64,000 nucleotides of DNA from Marsupella aquatica (lineage: Eukaryota; Plantae; Marchantiophyta). The position numbers and the translations under genes are program-made. The DNA is taken from contig OZ316898.1 in the NCBI GenBank assembly GCA_973895155.1, positions 6,125,079-6,189,078 on the forward strand. The letters run 5' to 3'. The notes beneath the pieces were generated by a model. That model saw only the letters and a list, made by a program, of their open reading frames with translations. It was not told where the DNA came from and ran no database searches. Shown here in pieces: positions 48,854-62,156 of this stretch (positions are counted from its first letter, which is position 1; every line of letters begins with the position of its first letter).

Positions 48854-51800
48854 TCAATAATCGAGCTCTGCCTGCTGCTTGGCTGCCTGTGCAGTCCAGT
48901 ATGAATGTGCACGTGTAACACGCTCCAGTAGCTCCTGCGGGACTGGCTCCCCCCTTCGCTGGTGTGGTGCTATTCGAGCTGTGTGTACCAATGTCTTCCA
49001 TTTGTCCTGTCACATCCAGTTATCTTTATTACTCTTTGCATGCCTTGATTAAAATGACATAAGACATGACTTCACACGATGTAGAGATGTAGCAACAAAA
49101 CAAGCTGACACTAGCGCGACCACCTGTTCACTTGGCATGCAGAATCCACAATCACCAGGCACAAGTCTTAACTCCCTACATAGTTTACGACCCCCGTCCC
49201 CGTAACAACAACCAATTCGGAGATGATCTGGACGTCATCGGTTATGTACCAAACACTTAATGAAAGAAAGCCAAGTCCCAAAGATACCTTCAGATCAACA
49301 TAAGTTCGGTGCTTTGCTTGATCAAATGCTCGCAATTTTACATCACGCCATCTGGAAGGAATCCAAATGGAGATCAGGAAAGAAACACAAAGATGCAATG
49401 CAATTCAGGGAATTAGCAGGTACTACGAGAATGCTGTTAAATTAACTCGCTTGAAGAGAAAATATTTGCACTGATCGTCATTCCTTCATTCAGCACCTAC
49501 TTTAAAGTGACAGTTTCAGGAACCCATTGACAGAGTGCTGTCCTCTCCAGGTACAGTTCCCAACAAGTCAAGCTTTAGAGATTCACCTGCCAGTTCCGAG
49601 CTTCTCCACAGCATGCACGAGGGCTTCCACCTCTGCAACAGTGAAAGGTCGGCGGACACGACGCTTTCCTACATCCAGGGAATGAGGTTTTTGCCTTACG
49701 GGCACGAGTGCTAGGCCCTGCATGTTTTCGCCTACATTCGTGCCTGGGTGAAGAATGATAGCCCCGGAACTTGGAACTAGTGATTCATGAGCTACAGGAT
49801 GAAGTATAGGGGCAGCGAGCTCAGACTCGTTCTTTGATACTCGACGACTAGCATCAGCTTGTGCTCTGATGGCTGCCAAAGCACCAGCTGCAGCAACCCT
49901 TGTTGAGTGTGGAGAGAGGGTGGTTCGATCACTCACGCCTGGCTTGGGTTTGTTTGCAGGGCATCCCTTTGTTCCATCGTCCTGAGAAACTGAAAAGCCC
50001 AAACCCACACGCTTTCCTTCAATGAAATCGCCAGAGAGAGGTGTTCCATATCCCTCAGTATCTACACTTCCTCCATTTCCCTTACCGGGGCGTTTCTTTG
50101 GACAGCGACTTCCCAGTTCCCCACCATTTGGGGCTGCAGTAGCGCCATATACAGGAAAGCTGTACAAAATAAAATGAATAATTAATCCAAAAAGTCTATA
50201 TGACACCTCCAAGATATCAACTTTCTGATCCTCCCAAGAATACTATTCTACAATGTGGGACCACCATTACTTCCAATTTCCCCTAACGACGAAAGCTTTT
50301 CCTGTCCAGCATACTCCATAACAAATTTCAAAACTCAACTTCAGTGTTAGGATGCGTGCCTACGGGCGGCAAAAATTTAGAAGAGTAACAAGTGGTCTCC
50401 AGCATTTTGCATCAGATGATTGTAAAGGGAATAAACCACACCTTGATCTCAACTGGAATAGTTCTTACCGTGGAGAAGGCTGACCAGCAGCACGCGAAAG
50501 CACAAGGAGGGGGTCCTCAGATGTCGACGTAGGTGACGAAGGCACAGGACTTGGCTCCAGCATAAAACCAAGTGAATCGGGCTTGCCAGCGCGCGAAATG
50601 CCCACTTGAGCTAAGGTTGCACCTTCGTCAGGAACTTTTTTGCCTTGCAAGAGCACGCGGACTCTCAAGCCCCCTCCCAAAAGATTCATGGCCGCATCCA
50701 TCACTGCTCGCTGATTCAATTTAACAAGAGTCTTAGATAAAGAACGCTCAAAATTGTGAACTGCCAGCGAAGTTCAAAGACTCACGATCAGCAGCTTGAT
50801 GGTACCTTTCCAGATGAGGCTACTGGAAATATCCACGAAACACAAAATAGTTGTAACAACTTAAAAACAACAGACTAGAACAGTTATGCGAATCACATCC
50901 CGAAACAAGAGAGTCCATGTCACGCACCTTCAGGTTTGAGATAGTGGCGGATTCAGGTAGGTCAACAGACAGCTCAGGAACTGTGAAAGATTTGATGGTA
51001 AGCTTGACTGCAACGGAGGAAACAGCCAATGTCATTTTGCGGACCCAAACTGTGGACAGGATGACGATGACTTCCATGAAGAAAAAAATCGGAAAGATGA
51101 GAGGTCGATGAGGTACCATGAGACTCTCCACCCTTCTTCGACAGTTTTGCAGTACAACCTCTCGCAGTAGGTGACGAGGCAACACTAGCGGCTTTGGCTG
51201 CAGAACATAACAAAAGTACAGATTATCAATTCCCTGTCATTTTGCTGCAATCAGGAACACCAAATTGCGAAGACAACAGTGGTTTTGAATGTCGAGGATT
51301 AAGTCTACCATGCTTGATGCTCCTGGCACAAAAAAAGTACTTTGCCCCTCTCTTCTCACTGTAAGCCCTTTTCTCCAGAAACCGCTTGCCCCACCAAACT
51401 TGTAAGAATGGAAAACATCTTCTACTCCGGATCTATGGATCGAAACTTTTTTCCATCTTGCGATAAACCTTTACACAATAACTTCCTACTAGTGCATTGT
51501 TTGTTTACATCTAGCAGGACCAACCAATCTGCTATAGTAGAAAGTACGGTGGGCAGTGAAAACTGTTTAATTTACTTCTATGCGAGCAGAGTCAAGGTTA
51601 TGAAAGAATATAATTATTACCACTCCGGAGTTTAGCTGCAGCTGCAGGGGGCTCACCCCCCGCACATTCGAACCCAAGATCCATGAGATTGGTGGTATTC
51701 ACATGCAGGTCAGGACCAGGATTTGACAAACCGTCTGAACTCTTATTTCGTTTGGCTGGGAATCCTCGTGACGTTCGCTGACGTGTGTACGATAGACCTC

Positions 51801-54060
51801 CATAGTAAGCTTTCTTAGTGAGCCCCTCATCTGAATTGTACAGCAAGCGCCGGTGTTCAGTTTTCTGGTTCTTTCCTACGCTAACTTCAAGTAACCAAAA
51901 CATTGCCAAACCCAAAAGCCCAGCCCAAAAGCCAACAATGGCGAAAGTATTGACAAGGGCTCAGCATACTACCAAATGGTCAGAATTCGTGCAAGAAGTG
52001 ATAGAAAGCAACCGCGACCTACTGTGATCGATACCTCACACACAATTCAGGTGACATGCGGCCTCTACGGCATAATGGAAAGTGTACTACTATTAAACAG
52101 ATTTTACAATGCACAGGCCACAATTTCAGCGCGAACGTTTTAATGCTCAACACTTGTCAGCTGACAGAAGGCATTGACTATTGACTCGTTCTGGTGGGAG
52201 ACCGAAATCGGAGTACCTGAATCACCTCCTGCCTCCATTTCTGCATGCTTTCTCTTGGATCGAGAGCTTGACACACGACTGCGTTTCACCATCTTCACAA
52301 CTTTTCTTGCTCTCATGCCCTTTGCGTACGACTCCTTCGACTTCTTTGATAATTTGCCTGAAAACATCTGCTTTGAAGAGCCACATTTGCGATCTTTAGA
52401 GGATATTCGGTCCCTTAAATTTCCTAGTATCAGGTCGGACAAGAACCCACATCCTGCCTCAACATCGTTCGACTCCAGCTTCCCCAATATCACATCAGTG
52501 ACTTTCAGCAATTTCTTGGTATCAACCTGGCTCTTATCATCAACTTCAAGACCTGAGTCTCCTTCGTCCTCCTTCCCGTAGAATTCTCGACTCTTCCACG
52601 GCTTCACGTCTTCATCAGACCTGCGCTGGTCTGAGATTTGAACTTTCCCATTCAAGTCCATTATTATCGTTTCATCCTCTTTGAGGAGCTTACTGTGTGG
52701 ATGGGTGACTTCTTCCGATGAAGGTTCTGCTTTCGTAACATCTGAAACTGTGCTTGACACGGGGTCCTGAGCTGTACAATCGAAATTTAAGCTATATTTG
52801 ACAGAGGCCTTCGGAAGATCAATTTCCATGTCAGCGGTGTGTTCAGTCCCTCTGATTCCCGATACAACCTCCTTTTCGTCATCATGCTCTTTGCTATTCC
52901 CCAACATTTCAGCTTTGGGATTGGGTAAACTATCAATGGTTTCATCAGAATCTACATGCATTTTATGAAACCCTGCGGGATGTTTCATAGCATTGGAAAT
53001 ACTGGAATCGGGATCAGACTTAATGGTGTGGTTTTCGTCATTGTCAGAAACAGATGATGTCATCATCTGCTTTTCCATTTCGCATACCTGCGGCGCCGGA
53101 TTGACGGCTGCTTCGCAACCAGTCTCCATATTTAATTTCAATTCGGTTTCAGGTGGAGCATTGGAACACTCCCCTGACGGGGCCCGAGATAAGAATGCTT
53201 TGTTGACTACACTATGAACAGAATCAGCGCCTATATCATCATTCTTTGTTTGTTCATGAAGAAGATTCTTCTCCTCATGATCTTTAATGGCTTCACCGAG
53301 AGACTGGAGGCAAGAAGCAAGTGTAGATGATGGCTCACGCTGCAGTTTTTCAGCCCGGGCTGCCCGTACAGGTAATTCGGGCTCTTTTACATGCGATTCC
53401 ATCATGTCTGAAGATTTCTGCTTGAAAGTACTTCTCTCGGACAGCTTGAGAATCTCTTGCTCCTCTCCGGCGCTATCCTCCTGTAGAATCTGCCCAGCGA
53501 CTGTTGCAAGCAGCTCGAAAAAACCAGAGCGTCCTCCATAACCAGATGTCCGCGTCGTGGACTGCCCCCTCCCCTGAATTGAATCAATGCATGATTTGTG
53601 AGAGGAATTAAGACAACATATGCACTGCATGGACGCTCACCGGGTCCCAAAGGAAATATCAACGACCATCAACGACAAGAGAATTTGCAATCATTCGTCA
53701 ATTACAATCTAGCACTTGAGAAATCTGGGATGCAAGACGATCTGGGCACGTTGTTCCGCCGGCCTTGGGTCTTAGCAATTAACTTCATGGTCTCCACTGA
53801 GGTCGTTCAACTATTGCTAGTGAATGTCAATTTCCAGCCATCGAGGAAGCGAGATCGGCTTCCCGACAGATCTTCACCACGACTTAAATCTGGCTAAAGC
53901 ACGAAAGGAAGCCTAGCTCAAGGGCAACAACCTGAATTGGGTATTTTGAGCATGGAGAAAAGCCCAAGGACCATACCCTGGAAGAACGCATAGCTCGAGG
54001 TAGTGCTGGGCCATTGTATCCTGGAAACCCACCCCCAACTCGTCGACTTCGTGCCTCCAT
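48854..54060 (-). CDS. Telomere repeat-binding protein, TRFL/TRP family (ubiquitin-like domain + C-terminal telobox Myb + Myb extension), 9 coding exons, ~947 aa
   Basis: Exons (minus) 54060-53977, 53573-52217, 51830-51621, 51197-51117, 51007-50928, 50710-50469, 50159-49587, 49351-49288, 49006-48854; all GT-AG and in phase. Motifs GFPGYNGPALPRAMRSSR, FELLATVAGQIL, VKLTIKSFTVPEL, GGGLRVRVLLQGKKV..LGFMLEP, RRVRRPFTVAEVEALVHAVEKLGTGRWRDVK..HRTYVDLKDKWKTLVH, RRGEPVPQELLERV..YW. Confidence 0.93.
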
Positions 54061-56559
54061 CACTCGTCACATCACCTTTAAGAACTTTCTAGACAGATGC
54101 GAAGGTACGCGGTGGAATCAAATTGACGACTGGGAAATTCTTCCGTCTGCGTTTTCTTTCTTTGCAACAGTGCTATGTTCAATTTCTTAAACAATCAGTA
54201 TCCTCCTGCCGATGTGGTAGCTGATCAAATTGCAAGCTTTCTGTTTTGGTTCACCGGGGACTGGCCGGCCTAGCCATCGATCACCCGACGCTCAGGCCAG
54301 TTCCGCAATCTTAGAAGGGAACAAATCTGGGTCACAGATCATTACGTGCAACCATATGCTCCCATACCTGCACTCACTGTTTTCTTCGCGACGGTAGGAT
54401 TCACTCAAGTGAAATCTCCTGGGCCAGACAAGTGAACAGCACTTCAAGCTTTGATGCTCTCCTGCTCTCCGTAAACGTCACCCTGCAGAGACGATGATCA
54501 AACTATCAAAAGGCTTCGTCTGCATGGACAAAAGCAAAATTCCCTCCGATCAGCGCCGGCTGCACGCATTGACCCACCTACATGTCATTCTTTCACCCCA
54601 ATTAGCCTTGTGAAGTCACAACCTCGACAAAATACAGTGTGAGCTCTGTGTCGTCACGGAGACAAGTCGGCCGTGTACAGCGCTAACCTCCTAGTCTAGA
54701 TATCTGACATCCAATTTCTCCCTCTACGAAGCCAGCAAGGAAACAAGTATCAACACTTGGTGATGCATTGCTCGATCGAATCAAGCAGAGCGCCCTACTG
54801 TCCTACCCTTCCATGCCATGCCATGCCAACCCGAAGCACTGCAGCGATCACGACGAACCCATCTGCCAATGAATCGATCGAAAGTAACGAGCAAACAACC
54901 AATTTGCTTCCATCAACCATTCAAAATCGTCATGGATGGACAATTGGCCAAGCAAGAGAAGACAACAAGCGCCACAGCCTCCTTCCCTGTACCTACTCCA
55001 CACTTGAGTCCGTCTCTCCGTCCGTCATGATCGTGAAGTAACGTACGTACACCAGCCAGCCAGCCAGCCAGCCAAGTTGAACAAACGGGAGAGAATGAAT
55101 GATTGACAGGACCTTTATAGTTCTACTCCAACAGAAAAACCACAGCACGAATGATTCCTCCCATTCGAAGAGGACATCCTGACTGTGCGCTATCATCCAG
55201 ATCGTGCTTTCCTCGAGCAGCACTTCGACTCATTCAACGATCGAATGAACAAACACAACCGCAAGCAAACCGATCGATGAACAGATTACGAGAAGCAGAA
55301 GTGCGTGAGACAAAAACCAAAAGATGAGATGAAAAGACGACATTGTCACATGGGCGGTGGTCCGGGCCAGTTCACAGAGCACAATTGTAGACCTTGTCAA
55401 TCAATCTAAGCAGATAACCAAGACGTTGTTGAACTACCGTCGTTCCGGCACACGTATATGCGAGCAATCAGCACACCCTCCTCGAAAAGAGACCGAGGAA
55501 GAGAAACCTCGTGATAAACCCCGCCATTGACGACCTACCGACATGGACATTCTAGGACCCCGGCGCCAAAGGCTGAGAACGCATTGCCCTCTAATCGTGA
55601 TGTCGGCACATCGAGCAATCAGGAGACCAGTTTAGATCGGGGACGAGCTTACGCAGATCCAAGATGAACTTCTTGGCGTCAACCACTCGAGTTATAGATC
55701 AATCGACTGAACAATCAGTCCATCAGTTGATAGAGCGCGGACGGAGTGACCAACGAAAATCAATCGGTCCGGTCGTTACATGACATGAAAACAGCAGCCT
55801 TGAGAGAGCGAGGGAAGCGGAAGCGTGCCAACGACGACGACGGCATCGCATTGGCGAAATTGCCAACTTCCAGCGCCGGGGGCTTCTTCTTGTCTTTCCT
55901 CGTATCGTCATCTTGAAACTTCACAAGATTTGTTCGGTTAGAAAGGAGCGCAATTCGATGGAAACAGAGGAGGGATCGCTCATCAGTTTCGTATTGCAGC
56001 AGATTGGGAATGCCGTGATACGAAACGGCCGTAAAACAGTTGATACGAGGAGGAGGATGAAGACACAATATTCAAATTTCAAGGACAAAGAGCAAACCAA
56101 CGATGAAAATGACACAGAACTTTATTGTGTCCTCCTCATCCGTGCAGTGCCGCGCCATGCCATGCCATATGCCATGTGCTCAGTGTCCACACTCATCGAG
56201 AACGTGACAACATCAATCAGAGAACTGCCGTACAGTGCGTCCGTTCTTCCTGCACAATTTCATATATCTGGCGAAGGAAGGCTTCCGATCTGGATACGAG
56301 TGGTAGAAAACATATTCGACAAACAGACAGCAAGCATGCATGTACAAAAACGTCGCAATGCTAGCCAATCGATCGGGAAATCCAAAACCCCCTCGTGGTG
56401 TCCACGCAGTCTGGCTCTAAAACCCCAAGATCAGCAGCATGCGGTGGCACTTACCAGCGAAAACCACACTTTCGCTCCAATGACGCGTCCTCTAGAGTTA
56501 TTGGTCGCCTCAATTGCCATCATCTCTCCGTTCCGTCTCGCCAAAAACCCCCCGACACC

Positions 56560-57660
56560 GCCCGTTGTCCCTCTTCTTCCTAAACCCTCTACCCTCTCCC
56601 CTCTCGTCGCTCTTCTTCCTTACCCTCCCTCCCTCCTCAATTGATCTTGCTCTTCCCTCCTTAAACCCTCCGACCGCAATCGATCTCAGATCTGCCTCCT
56701 CTCCCCTTTCGTCCCTGCTCTCAAATCCTCCGATGCTCCAATTCGAGCCGGCCTCTCTCCTTTCCTTTCCTCCCTCTCAATTGTTCTCCCTCGCAACCTC
56801 CACTTCTCCACTCAATTCTCGTCCTCTCGACCTCTCACACTCCCCACTGCCCCTCGTACTCCACTTCGTCAACAATCTCTCACGCAATTGACCCCCGATC
56901 CGACACTCTTTCTCCTCGCCTTCTCTCCCTCCTCCTCGTTCCTCAATGTTTCTCAACTACCTCTCCTTCCCTTCCCTTTCCCTTTCCTTTCCTTTGCCTT
57001 TGCCTTTGCCTTGCCTCGCCTTGCCGTGCGTTTTCTCACGCAAGCTCCCCGACCTCGCAATCTGCCTGCCAGCCCGCCCGCCTGCCCAACGACGACGCAG
57101 CGCAACAGCACGAGAGCGCGACCACGAGAGACTCCTCTGACCAGGCCATCAGCGACAATCAAGCAATCAAGCAACCGAGCGAGCGCGCCAGCGAAGCCAC
57201 GAAGCACAAACCACCATGCAAAGCCGGGACCCAACGAGAGCACACACAACTACACCAGGATGGAGAGCACGAGCAATTTGCGCCCGAGCGCGTCCTGTAT
57301 GCAAAATGCAAGCCAGCCCTCGCCTCGGGGGAAAGCACGGTACCAGACCAAACCAAGCAAGGGTAGGACCACAACGCCCAAAGGCCTTCCCTTCATTCTC
57401 CCACCGGCGGACCGGGCCGGACCGGACCGGACCGGACCGAACCGAACTGCGGTCCTCCACTGAGGGACGGCACGGACGGTGCATCCCGTCCCGGAGGGAG
57501 GAGGACTGGAGGAGCCCGGTTCTGTTCCGGGTTGGGTTGGGGTTACTCTCGAGGTTGCCGGGCCGTACTACCCGGGAAGGACCGTAACCGCGCGGGTTTA
57601 AGAAAAAAAACTGTGCGGGGACAGGACGTCGGGACTGGGCGGGACCGTACGTGCCGCGAA
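56560..57660 (-). promoter_or_regulatory. Probable promoter / first non-coding exon region of the TRFL gene
   Basis: GC-rich, CpG-retaining, microsatellite-rich island (gaccg repeats, long purine/pyrimidine-skewed tract) 2.5-3.5 kb upstream of the ATG, bounded by AT-rich transposon debris. Confidence 0.4.
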
Positions 57661-58879
57661 ACTGCGAAAGTCCTCATGTGAGGAAATACGGTACGCGCGT
57701 GCCCATACGACTTTTAGATGAACTACTCAGTAATTAAGATTACATTCTCTACATTAGTGATTACTCTAATAATGATCAGGAGTGCGAGAAGTTGGATGTG
57801 ATTTTCCAGATTTGATTAGTACTTCACGTCTCCCAAATGTGCAGATTGCGCTATGATTTCAAAAGGACGAAAAAATGCTGGTCAATAAGGAAGCCCGATT
57901 CATATGTAGTATAGCAAACTGGTTTTTTACGTTTTTCAGCATTTCTTTAGATCTAATATATTGTCCCATGACATTTGCCTTCTGGAGAACTATCATAGCT
58001 TTGAGAGCGTTCGGATTAAAAATTCCTACATTGCTACATGGAAAAGAGAAATTATGTTTTGTTTTTATTTTGGAATTTTTTGTCACAAATTAAACTTTTG
58101 ATGCTGTCTTAAAGTAATGGATTTCCTCCAAATAAACACCCCAGATTGATTCCATAGCTCCTTTAACTGTAAACAAAATATAGCTTTGTAGACATTAGAG
58201 CAATATAGACATTAGAAGCAAACAAGCAATGCTGGAATGTTAGTAGCAGCAATATGCTGGAAATATTATTGCTGGAAATATTAGTGCTGGAAACAGAGAA
58301 CAGGGGACAGAGAACAGGGGACAGAGAATAGGGGACACACACAAATCTTGCTTGTTTGATGCTACTCATGTAGTCATTATTTTGGTTTCCTTCAAAGTAT
58401 TTTCTAGTGAGATTTTGGCTTAACAGACATGAGCTCAAAGCTCTGACATGAATTAAACCCTGAACAGTTCAAAAAACAACCTTCCCAGTAGAGCTCCAGA
58501 ACCAGATGATACTCGATGTAGTGTATGAGAGAAACAAACCAGCTGTTAGGAATTAACTATAATTTTTAACTCTAGTTAGTTGGCTTCACTAGAGATAGTT
58601 TGTTAATCCTTGATTAGTTAAAGATTATACTCCCTTAGGCTTACAAATTTTAGCTCCCTTGGGGGCTGGAGGTTTGCAGAAGTCCTCATTCTTCACATGT
58701 ACATTCTTGTACTATGGATCCTTCAAGAATTTCTCCATAGTGGTGTCTCTATTGGTCTAGTGCCTGGGCAGTGGTCAGAGTGTTCGTTGTCACAATGTTG
58801 GATAGGGGTGGTAGATTGAATTATTGTTAACGATTGCGTCACTGGTCACCCTTTGTTGGAGGTTTCATGTTCAAATTAG

Positions 58880-61060
58880 GTAGATGTTTGAGATCTGCAA
58901 TGAGTGGAAATCCATGATGGAGTGACATACTTGCAAGGAATTGAAATGGATCCAAACACCCCAACCAAATAGAGTGGCAGAATGGTTGAACTGAACTTTG
59001 TTGGGGAAAGCATGCATCATGCTCATTGGGCCCAATTTGCCCCAAGGTTTTTGGATTAAAGCTATCAAGCAAGCTGTTTATGTCTACAACCATTGCATAC
59101 GCCAAAGTCTCACTATTTGGAGCCCCCCGCATCACCTTTGATGACACAAGTACACACTAACATTAGAGAAAATATTTTGGGGAATTATTTCACCCCTATT
59201 CGGATGAAATATTCCATTCTTTGGTTTTTCCTTGGAATCATTCTTTGGTTTTTAAACCCTATTTTAACTAATAAGTCTCAACATTAGATGTAAAAGACCC
59301 TAAAGTTCTTTTAAAATTCTTTTAAAGTTTCCCCTTATAACCAATAAAATGACCCTATGATTCATTGAAAGTAATATGCCATTTCATGGAAATGAGACCC
59401 CCAAGATTCCATATTATTTAGGAGAAGTTGATGCAGATTATGTTTGAGTTATGGTACCAGAGCTCAATGGATCACTCTAGACTTTGAGTATTTATGTGTG
59501 CTGCATATGTTCATGTTGAGGAAACACACAGGTTAGGTTGGACCCTAAGTCTAAATAATGCCCTTTTTTTAGGCATTAGTCCTTGGCAAATGGGGTATAA
59601 GTTATGAAATTGTGTTGATTGCAAGGCACTTTGTGAGCAAGAATGGTTGTCAAAGCCCCAAAATAATCCAGATGAGCTGATGGTGGTGCCCAACACAGTG
59701 GAGCTTAGTTGACAGGGGTGTTGAGAGCGCTGCTTACAGTCCTTTTGGTAGAGATGTAATCCATCAAATTTCTCACTCCACTAGGGCAAAATTTGGCCAA
59801 CCCTTTAATAGATTTAATTTTGTAGCTGGACCCTAGTGTTTACTTGGTCTCGTACTTGGTTGCGCATGAAAATGATCTTGGTGTAATTCTGCTTACTGAA
59901 GATAGAGATCCCTCCAGCTATGATAAGGCTATGGTCTCTCTAGAGATTGAATAATAAGTGGATGAAAGCAGTGTTGAAGAAGTCTGGTTTTTTGCACAAG
60001 AATTCAACATGGCGCCTGGTTGATTTGCCTTCACCAAGAGTCAACCATGATTGTTGCATTTACCAAAAAGAAATGGAGAATTACTCACATTTTGGCGGGC
60101 ACTTTGTTCACATTAAGGTGGCACTATATGTGGATGACATGTTGATTATTGTTGAGAAAAATATGATGTTGCACATTTGAAAACATTGTTGAGGAAAGAG
60201 TTTCAATGAAGAATTTGAGTCAGGCTAATAAAACTTTAAGGATGAAAATTCATTGTGATAGGGAGCAGAGATAACTATGGTTGTCTAAAGTAGTGCACAA
60301 GGTAGTAGCCAAATATGGGATGGAACATGCAAAACCAGACAGTTGGTGTTGCATTCATTTAAAACTCTTAAAGAGTGATTTCACTTTTATTGATACTTAG
60401 AGACACATTTAGCATTGGAATCAATTTCCTTGTGATAACGTGGTGAGTAGTTTGATGTATGAAATGACATGCAATATAGACCTTACATTGCCCATGCCAT
60501 TATTTAGCAGTTTGTGCAAATTTTACGGCAAACCATGCAAAGCAAGGAAGTGGGTTTGTATAATTTTGGAGGTACATTTGATTATGGGATTTTATTTGAT
60601 GTTAAAGTAGATCAACTCTAAGTTGGAGTTAGATGGTTCTGTAGATTCAGGTTTTGACTTGTAACTTGGACAACAAGAAGTCTACTGCCGACCTTGTGCA
60701 GAGTATGTGTTCATGGTGGATGGAGGCTGTACCAGCTGAGTGGAAGTCAACCACTCAATCTTGTGTTGAGTTGTCTACAATTAAAGTTCAGTACATGGTT
60801 GTTTGTGAGACAACTAAGGAACTGGTCTGGCTATAGACATTGATGAATGAACTTGGTCTTAAATACACATGAAAGCCGGATCACATAACAAGGAAATTGT
60901 GCTAAAAAGAGCAGGCATCCAACAAAGTCTACTTTTGCTTCATAATGGCTCTCCAAAATGAGCACATGAGCCAAAATCACAGCCAAAACAATCAGCATTG
61001 TCCCTCTATACAAGAAAATGGTGAAGGGAGTTGTTGCTTTGAAACTGGTTGCAGATTTGG
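58880..61060 (+). pseudogene. Heavily decayed Ty1/copia pol remnant
   Basis: Fragments: integrase (PNRVAEWLN*TLL..LPQGFWIKA), RT (KNSTWRLVDLP, LYVDDMLI), RNase H (LDNKKST, WKSTTQSCVELST..QYM..TKELVWL); many stops and frameshifts. Confidence 0.8.
59103..59402 (+). mobile_element. MITE family A, copy 3 (nested in the decayed copia)
   Basis: gtctcactat...gcatcacct, taagtctcaa, accaataaaatgaccct, ...tgagaccccc. Confidence 0.6.
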
Positions 61061-61934
61061 GCATTGTAACATCCAATTTTGGGGGAAATGTTTAATCCAC
61101 CAATTCCTCACTTGACCTTCACTGATGGCTACTACCCACTTTAGTGGATGTTTTGACCCACTTCTAGGTAGCCTCATGGTCCTGATTTCAATCTTTGTGA
61201 AGCCTCATATGACATAATTTTCCCTCAATTTTTCCTGGACAGACATATCCCAAATCCCCCAAGATAAATTTGTATTCATTACTCCTTTGTGTGAGTGAAG
61301 AGTTGTTGCCAATATACCTCCACCATGAAGTATGTGGGGATAGTGATGTTGCGGTTTGATCTATCTTGGATACCCAACGTCATAGACCTTACACGGGACC
61401 TAACAAAAAGCATCCTGTGTGAAGCTTGATCCCTTTCCCTTGGACACGGCTCAACCTGAGCTCACCCAAGAGTCCCAAAGTTTACAAGTCACCCATGACA
61501 TTGTTAGTTCTTCCAAATTGCTCATGCATGTATATATTGGGGCACAATTTTATCCTTTCATTGCCACATGCCTCCATCGTGTCCAATCAGACCAAAGGCT
61601 GATTGTATCCTTTTCAATGCCACATGCCTCAGATTTAGCAAATTATGTATTTAGACTTCTCAGATATTAGTTTTCATCTAGAGTTTGGAATAACCATGAT
61701 TTGACTCTAGTTGACATTCCGGATAACTCTATTATTGAAAATATTTTTATGAGGGGGCCATTGCCTACTTCAGAGTTCTGGACACAATTGATGCAACCTA
61801 CCATACAAAGCTGACTAACAAGATTTCACTACTTTTTAAGATATTTAACGACTACTGGTAAAAATAGAGTAGGGGGGACAAAGATGATAAATTGATCTTC
61901 AGAGCCCTCATTTATTTTCTATTTTGTGATTAAA

Positions 61935-62156
61935 AAACAGCTTTTAAGTACTTTGCCACTAAAGATATTCTAATTGACAATAGTGCCACTATTTTTTCTT
62001 AATTATAAAAATATCATGGTTTTGTATATGGATGACAAGTTTACCAAGATAAATAGGGAAACTATATATGAAAAGCGTGACATTTTTGTACATACAAAAA
62101 AATAGTGGAACTGTAAATTCAAACATCTTTAGTGGCAATGTACTTAAAAGCTGTTT
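61935..62156. mobile_element. AT-rich MITE/foldback with ~65-bp TIRs
   Basis: aaacagcttttaagtactttgccactaaagat...ccactatttttt versus aaaaaatagtgg...atctttagtggcaatgtacttaaaagctgttt. Confidence 0.7.

Noticed and set aside
54078-54170. CTG-initiated 'LLQRKK' N-terminal extension of TRFL
   Set aside because: Out of frame with the ATG at 54060 and ends in TAA
55913-57587. ORFs of 120-243 aa on the plus strand
   Set aside because: Low-complexity, microsatellite-derived, antisense to the TRFL leader; no motifs
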